NCBI GenBank assembly: GCA_025451195.1
Contig: JANWKV010000017.1
Span: 2,471-66,470 of the forward strand
Direction: 5' to 3'
DNA length: 64,000 nt
DNA from: Candidatus Microgenomates bacterium
GTDB lineage: Bacteria; Patescibacteriota; Microgenomatia; Levybacterales; UBA12049
The notes under the pieces were generated by a model. It was not told the DNA's origin and ran no database searches. It was given only the letters and a program-made list of their open reading frames with translations. Shown piece after piece: positions 58,403 through 64,000 of the stretch. The position numbers and the translations under genes were made by a program. Numbering within the stretch: position 1 is the first letter of the stretch; each line of letters starts with the position of its first letter.

Positions 58403-59599
58403 ATGAAAAAAAATATAAACAAAAAAGTGATTTTAGCGTTTTCAGGGGGACTGGACACTTCATTCTGTGTTCCTTATTTAATGGAACAAGGATATGAAGT
58501 TGTAACTGTGACAGTTAACACTGGTGGATTTACTAAAAAGGAACTATTAAATATTTCTGAAAAATCAAAAAAACTTGGAGCTGTAAAACATTATGAAGTA
58601 AATGCAAAAAAAGAAATGTTTGAAAAAATAGCTTCATACATCATAAAGTTCCACGCTTTATATCAAAGCTCATATCCAAATATGTGTGCTGATAGATACA
58701 TTATTGCGGAGAAGGTTGTTAATATTGCAAAAAAAGAAAACACAAAATTTGTTGCACACGGATCAAGTGCAATGGGGAATGATCAGGTAAGGTTTGATTT
58801 ATCTTTTATGTTTCTTGCGCCAAACTTTACAATCCTTACCCCTATTAAGGAGATTGGTGGAAATAGAAAAAAAGAAGAACAATATTTAAAAGAAAAAAGC
58901 TTGCCATTTGAAATTAAGCATGCAAAATATTCCATTAACAAAAACATCTTGGGTGCCACATATTCCGGATTGGAAATTGATCAGCTTAAACAAGCAGATA
59001 AAAATATATTTACCTTGACTAAATTAATTTCTCAAAAACCCCAAAAACATATACTTTCATTTTTAAAAGGAATTCCAACTCATCTAAATGGCAAAAAAAT
59101 GTCAGGGGAAGAAATTCTTTCAAAGATGAATATAATTGCAGGAAGTTTTGGATTTGGACAAGAAGACTATACAGGTGACTGCATAATTGGAATAAAAGGA
59201 CACATTGCATTTGAAGCACCAGGAATCTTAACCCTTATAAAAGCACACAATGCATTACAGCAAGTAATACTGACAAAGCAACAACAAAATATTGGTGAAT
59301 ATATTAGTCACCAATTTGCCGAACTTTTATACAACGGTAAGTTTTTTGATTCAGTGTTAAAAGATTTACAAGCATTTATTGATTCTCAACAAAAGAGTGT
59401 TAATGGAAATGTAACGCTGATATTTGATTCCCATCAAGTTAAGGTTTCAGAAATTTCTTCGCCTAACTCTCTTATTAACCCTAAGATTGCAACATACGCT
59501 CAACAAGCTAGTTGGACAGCTCAAGACGCAAAAGGATTTATTACTTTATTTGGACTTCAGGAAAAAATATCTGCGCAAAAAGGAGAATTATATGAATAA
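58403..59599 (+). CDS. argG: Argininosuccinate synthase
   Basis: PP-loop ILAFSGGLDTS; ~400 aa. Confidence 0.85.
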   Translation: MKKNINKKVILAFSGGLDTSFCVPYLMEQGYEVVTVTVNTGGFTKKELLNISEKSKKLGAVKHYEVNAKKEMFEKIASYIIKFHALYQSSYPNMCADRYIIAEKVVNIAKKENTKFVAHGSSAMGNDQVRFDLSFMFLAPNFTILTPIKEIGGNRKKEEQYLKEKSLPFEIKHAKYSINKNILGATYSGLEIDQLKQADKNIFTLTKLISQKPQKHILSFLKGIPTHLNGKKMSGEEILSKMNIIAGSFGFGQEDYTGDCIIGIKGHIAFEAPGILTLIKAHNALQQVILTKQQQNIGEYISHQFAELLYNGKFFDSVLKDLQAFIDSQQKSVNGNVTLIFDSHQVKVSEISSPNSLINPKIATYAQQASWTAQDAKGFITLFGLQEKISAQKGELYE

Positions 59600-60143
59600 C
59601 GTAATTTTGACATCAAATTCAAATTCTACTTTTGTTCCAAATAATTCTTTACAAAAGGACATTCAAATCATTCTAGGGAAAAATGTTGCTGAAAAACTAA
59701 GTGAATCAGAGATAGATTTTCTTTCAAAAATGTATAGTCAAAAACTTGCAAAACACAAAGAAACAATGCTGCAGCTAACTAAATTTCAATTAAAAAAGAT
59801 TATTAATAGTGGCCTGATGATAATAGCTATTGATAAAAATACAAAAGAAATTATTGCCGGAGGAAGAATTATGTTTCATAAAAATCATACATATGAATTT
59901 TGCAGTTGGGTAGCTTTTAAAAAGGGTTTTGGAAAAATAATTATAAATTCTGCCAAAAAATTGGCACTTTCATTAGATAAAGCAGCAAGCCTTTACAGCG
60001 TAATTCAAAAAGACAATATATACGCTCAAATCGCATTGGAAAAAACAGGTGCAAAAAAATTGAATTCAAAACCCAAAGATCTTGTACTTATTTTGGAAAA
60101 ATCAGATGGGAAAAAAGCGGATGCTGTGTATTTTGAACTTTAA
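59592..60143 (+). CDS. GNAT-family acetyltransferase (183 aa), possibly a short-form N-acetylglutamate synthase
   Basis: Motif-A-like …WVAFKKGFGKIIINSAKKLA…. ATG overlaps the argG stop. Sits between argG and argH. Confidence 0.45.
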   Translation: MNNVILTSNSNSTFVPNNSLQKDIQIILGKNVAEKLSESEIDFLSKMYSQKLAKHKETMLQLTKFQLKKIINSGLMIIAIDKNTKEIIAGGRIMFHKNHTYEFCSWVAFKKGFGKIIINSAKKLALSLDKAASLYSVIQKDNIYAQIALEKTGAKKLNSKPKDLVLILEKSDGKKADAVYFEL

Positions 60144-60147
60144 ATTT

Positions 60148-61641
60148 ATGAAAAATAAGATATACGACGGAATTTATACAAAAGGACCAAATCAACAAAC
60201 AGATTCATTCATTGTAGATTTTGCACAACAACAAGCAGACAGTGAAATAGTACCTTTTTATTTGTGGGAAACGTTGGCGCACAATTATATGCTAATGAAA
60301 CAAAAAATTGTACCAGAAAAAGCTGCAAAGAAAATATTAAAAGAGCTAATTTATCATTCTGAAAATATTGAAAAGAATGGATTTATTGTTGACCCGTTAA
60401 TTGGGGACGTGCATGAAAATTTTGAAAATTTATTAATAAAATCAATTGGTGATATTGCGGGATGGATGCATGTTGCCAGATCAAGAAATGATCAAATTAC
60501 AACAGACCAAAAGTTAATTACCAAAAAATTACTTTTTGATCTTTATGGTCAAATTTTTAATCTTGCAAAAGTTTTAGAAAAAAAGGTTTACAAATACAAA
60601 AATGTTGTTATGCCGGGATTTACCCATTTTAGGGTAGCGATGCCTTCTTCATTTGGTTTCTGGTGGCAATCATATTTACAGCAAATTATTGAGTGTGAAG
60701 AAATTTTAAAGTCAGTATTTTTAACAACAGATATTTCTTCCTTAGGAGCCGGAGCATCGTATGGTGTGAATTGGCCGATTGATCCTAAAATGACCGCAAA
60801 TGACTTAGGCTTTGATAAACCTATGATAAATGCTCTTTTCGCTTTAAATTCAAGAGGAATACATGAATCATACGTTTTAGGACCACTTTGCAGTCTATCT
60901 GTAGTTTTATCGAGAATGATGGAAGATATTATTTACTTTAGCTCAGCTGAAATAAACTTTATTTTTGTTGATGAATCATTTACAACAGGAAGTTCAATAA
61001 TGCCTCAAAAAATGAATGCTGTTGTGGCAGAAAGAACAAGAAGTAAAGCTGCGAAAATATTAGGAAATTATATTACAACTTTAATAAGTTTGAAGGGAAC
61101 ACCTTCCGGTTACAACATGGACTCTGCAGAAACAAAAACTTCAATAATTGAGAGTTTAAAAATATTTATTGACACAATTAATATTGTTGCTCAAATGTTA
61201 GAAACAATCTCTCCCAATACAGCAGCTATGGGAAATGCTGTTGCACCGTCTTTGGCTACAAAGCTTGCGGATTGCCTCTCTCAAGATTATCAAATTCCAT
61301 TTAGAAAAACCCACCAGATTGTTGGAAAAGTTCTCCAACAAATTGATAAAGACATCTCAAAAATATCTTCTGAAAAATTGGAAAAAATAATTATGGAAAT
61401 TGTTGGCAAAAAAATTACGCTTCCAAAAGGATATTTGCAAAATATATTAGATTCAGAAAATGCTTTATCACAGTACTACTACAAAGGGTCTCCAAATCCA
61501 ACATATGTAGAAAAGGTAAATGCGGAGCTTTCGATACAAAACCAACAATTTTTAAACTGGTTTAAAAAAGAGCAAGAAAAATTTTATGATGCTAAGAAAA
61601 ATTTAGTAAGCAAAGTTAAAAAATATTTGAAGGAAAAATAA
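60148..61641 (+). CDS. argH: Argininosuccinate lyase
   Basis: Fumarate-lyase signature GSSIMPQKMN. The start is taken at ATG 60148, after the GNAT stop. Confidence 0.85.
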   Translation: MKNKIYDGIYTKGPNQQTDSFIVDFAQQQADSEIVPFYLWETLAHNYMLMKQKIVPEKAAKKILKELIYHSENIEKNGFIVDPLIGDVHENFENLLIKSIGDIAGWMHVARSRNDQITTDQKLITKKLLFDLYGQIFNLAKVLEKKVYKYKNVVMPGFTHFRVAMPSSFGFWWQSYLQQIIECEEILKSVFLTTDISSLGAGASYGVNWPIDPKMTANDLGFDKPMINALFALNSRGIHESYVLGPLCSLSVVLSRMMEDIIYFSSAEINFIFVDESFTTGSSIMPQKMNAVVAERTRSKAAKILGNYITTLISLKGTPSGYNMDSAETKTSIIESLKIFIDTINIVAQMLETISPNTAAMGNAVAPSLATKLADCLSQDYQIPFRKTHQIVGKVLQQIDKDISKISSEKLEKIIMEIVGKKITLPKGYLQNILDSENALSQYYYKGSPNPTYVEKVNAELSIQNQQFLNWFKKEQEKFYDAKKNLVSKVKKYLKEK

Positions 61642-61642
61642 T

Positions 61643-62737
61643 ATGAATTTATTAAAAAAACTAATACAAATACATTCTGTTTCAGGGAGTGAAAAAGAAA
61701 TTCAACAATTTATATTTGATTATTTCTTTAAAAAAAATTTGCAACCTTTTTATGTTGGGGAAAACGTTGTTGTAAAAATTGATGGAAATGACAATAAAAA
61801 ATCTCTAATTTTTAATGCGCATGTTGACACAATTTCTGCTGGGAATACAAAGCTATGGAAATATCCACCTTTTGCAGGAGTAAAGACAAATGGAAAAATA
61901 TATGGAGTGGGAGCAAGTGATAGCAAAGCAGGAATTGCAACCCTAATGATGCTTGGAAATGAATTTAAGAAAAATAAACCAAAGTGTGATATCTGGTTAA
62001 CATTTGTTGTAAAAGAGGAAACAGACGGATCGGGAACAAAAAACTTCATTAATCTCTTTACCAACAACTATAAGAAACAATATAAGGAAATTGCCGGGAT
62101 ATTACTTGAGCCGACAAATCTTTCCAAAATTGAAATTGCTCATAAAGGAAATGTTTTCCTAAAGGTTATTACATATGGTGATAGTGGACATGGATCTGCT
62201 CCTGAGTTGGTTAAAGAAAACGCAATCAATATTATGCAAAAAGTAGCAAAAAAACTTTTAAAACTAGAGAAAGAATGGAAAAAAGAATATGAAGATTCAC
62301 TTTTAGGAAGCCCCTCAATTGCTTTATTTACTTCATTACACGCAGGAGATCCCTTAAGCCCTAATAAAATTCCAGAAACTTGTGTCGCAACATTTGATAT
62401 TCGCACAACACCAAAAATGCATAAAAATGCTTTAGAAATGGTGAAGAAAGAAATAAAGGAAAAAAATATTGAAGTATTCACAAAATACAAACCTTTAGAA
62501 TGCGGATTTACATCTCCCAACGCAAGAATTGTAACAATCACAAAATCAAGCGCTGATTCGGAGATTTGTGCTTCTTCAAGCTCAAACGACCTTTTATTTT
62601 TTACAAAAGCAGAAATTCCCGCTGTAGTATTTGGACCGGGGAATACAAATGAAAAACACAAAGTAAATGAGTTTTGTGAAATCAAAAACTTGATAAAAGC
62701 AAAAGAAATTTATAAAGAAATTATTCAAAAATTTTAA
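61643..62737 (+). CDS. argE: M20-family metallopeptidase (acetylornithine deacetylase / succinyl-diaminopimelate desuccinylase, ArgE/DapE-like)
   Basis: …FNAHVDTISAG… and …GVGASDSKAG… metal-ligand motifs. Confidence 0.7.
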   Translation: MNLLKKLIQIHSVSGSEKEIQQFIFDYFFKKNLQPFYVGENVVVKIDGNDNKKSLIFNAHVDTISAGNTKLWKYPPFAGVKTNGKIYGVGASDSKAGIATLMMLGNEFKKNKPKCDIWLTFVVKEETDGSGTKNFINLFTNNYKKQYKEIAGILLEPTNLSKIEIAHKGNVFLKVITYGDSGHGSAPELVKENAINIMQKVAKKLLKLEKEWKKEYEDSLLGSPSIALFTSLHAGDPLSPNKIPETCVATFDIRTTPKMHKNALEMVKKEIKEKNIEVFTKYKPLECGFTSPNARIVTITKSSADSEICASSSSNDLLFFTKAEIPAVVFGPGNTNEKHKVNEFCEIKNLIKAKEIYKEIIQKF

Positions 62738-62738
62738 T

Positions 62739-64000
62739 ATGAAAAATGAATCAAAAAAACTAATCGTTATCGGGTGTGGACCAAAAGGAACTGCCCTTGG
62801 CGTTAAAAATAAAGTGCTTCAAGACTTAGGTTATAATGTTCCCGATGTTATTATCATTGAAAAAGAAAATGTTGGCGCACACTGGGACGGCAAACATGGA
62901 TTAACACACGGCAGATTACCTCTTGGGTCTGCTCCACAAAAAGATATTGGCTATCCTTACAGATCTTTATTTGATAAAAAGGTTGATAAAGAAATGCAAA
63001 AGTACTCATGGAACGCATACATGATTGAAAAAGATTATTACGTTGATTGGATTGATAAAGGAAGACTTGCCCCAACCCATATTGAATGGGCAAAATATTT
63101 TCAGTGGGCAGTTAAAAAGGCAGGGGTAAAAGTTTATAAAGGTGAGGTAGTAAAAATTAATAAAGAAGAAGATAAATGGAAAGTCAAATTTATTAATGGC
63201 AAGGCCAATGAAGTAATGGGTGACGGACTTGTTATCACTGGCCCAGGCGAACCAAAACAACTGCCTATTTATGGGATTGTTGAGAAAAAAAATTCAATTC
63301 CCACTGTCCTTGATGGTAAAAATTTTTGGCAATTTGTAAAACATTTTAGAAAATTAAAAAATGTAAAGATTGCGTTACTTGGCGGGGGAGAATCTGCAGC
63401 TTCAATTATCGTTGGGCTCCTAGATCATGTTGATATCGCAACAGTTAAAGTTGATTTAATAAATAATGGCCATGCAACTGTTTTTACAAGAAATGAAAAC
63501 TCACTTGATAATATGCATTTTTCAGACCCAACCCATTGGAAACTTCTAACAGAAGAAGAAAGAATACGCTTTATTAAAGCGGCAAGAGCAGGAAATTTTT
63601 CCGTTTATGCAAAAAATATTATTGACGAACATTACCTTAATTCATGGGTTTCATACAAGGCGGTTAATATGAAATATGTAAAACCGCTAAAAATTGTAGC
63701 CGGCTCTGACAAACCCGGTCTTGTTTATTCATTAGCAGATGGAAGCATTAAAAAATCCGAATATGATTTTATTATTTCCGGAATTGGATTTAACGCATTA
63801 AGTTTTACGAAATTTATGAAAGATACAAATGAACTTACAAATAAACACGACCTTGAGAAAAAAATTCAAGATGATATGAGTGTTAAGGACATAAAACCAA
63901 CACTTCATTTGCCAATGCTGTCTGCCTTAAATCAGGGGATTGGGTTTTCAGAATTAACGTGTCTTGGACTTTTAGCTGACAGAATTTTACAACCGTATGT
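62739..64000 (+). CDS. Flavin-dependent lysine/ornithine N-monooxygenase-family protein (SidA/IucD/PvdA-like), 3'-truncated by the window end
   Basis: Hand-translated; it is absent from the ORF track because it has no stop in the window. FAD motif VIGCGPKG, …HIEWAKYFQWAV…, NADPH motif LLGGGESAAS. Confidence 0.6.
   Translation, partial: MKNESKKLIVIGCGPKGTALGVKNKVLQDLGYNVPDVIIIEKENVGAHWDGKHGLTHGRLPLGSAPQKDIGYPYRSLFDKKVDKEMQKYSWNAYMIEKDYYVDWIDKGRLAPTHIEWAKYFQWAVKKAGVKVYKGEVVKINKEEDKWKVKFINGKANEVMGDGLVITGPGEPKQLPIYGIVEKKNSIPTVLDGKNFWQFVKHFRKLKNVKIALLGGGESAASIIVGLLDHVDIATVKVDLINNGHATVFTRNENSLDNMHFSDPTHWKLLTEEERIRFIKAARAGNFSVYAKNIIDEHYLNSWVSYKAVNMKYVKPLKIVAGSDKPGLVYSLADGSIKKSEYDFIISGIGFNALSFTKFMKDTNELTNKHDLEKKIQDDMSVKDIKPTLHLPMLSALNQGIGFSELTCLGLLADRILQPY

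Overview
This is a compact, low-GC (~33-35%) bacterial chromosomal segment with tightly packed genes, many of them overlapping by 4 or 11 bp. It is almost entirely housekeeping and biosynthetic, with no mobile element, CRISPR array or rRNA gene.

Reading left to right:
- trigger factor (3' part) and a tRNA-Val(GAC)
- a threonine operon (lysC-hom-asd-[P-loop kinase]-thrC-racemase-like) in which a shikimate-kinase-fold P-loop kinase sits where thrB is expected
- the conserved thrS-infC-rpmI-rplT-...-pheS-pheT operon, interrupted by a GC-richer 562-aa protein with three sigma-70 region-4-like helix-turn-helix (HTH) modules
- a class A penicillin-binding protein (PBP) on the minus strand
- an 11-gene aromatic supraoperon (DAHP synthase-aroB-aroA::aroK fusion-aroE-aroD-aroC-tyrA-pheA-chorismate mutase-tyrS-purH), preceded by a promoter plus an intrinsic-terminator leader that looks like an attenuator
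- recG, then rpmF-nusB-rnc and rpsP-KH-trmD
- a 12-kb minus-strand type IV pilus locus: pilB, pilT, pilC, the pilD prepilin peptidase, seven pilin-like genes including a paralogous pair and non-canonical N-termini, pilM/N/O, and a non-prepilin surface protein
- an N-terminally truncated holB
- a pncB / NCS1-transporter / pncA NAD-salvage cluster
- an HhH-GPD glycosylase, then gyrB-ppa-gyrA, folD and malic enzyme
- a ~430-nt GC-rich structured leader in front of argG-GNAT-argH-M20 deacylase, followed by a lysine/ornithine N-monooxygenase-family gene that runs off the window end.

The most interesting points are the regulatory RNA candidates (the aro leader, the arg leader and a promoter motif shared by pheS and pncB), the non-orthologous kinase in the thr operon, the inserted HTH-repeat protein, and the arg/N-monooxygenase neighbourhood. 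No phylum can be assigned from the sequence alone.
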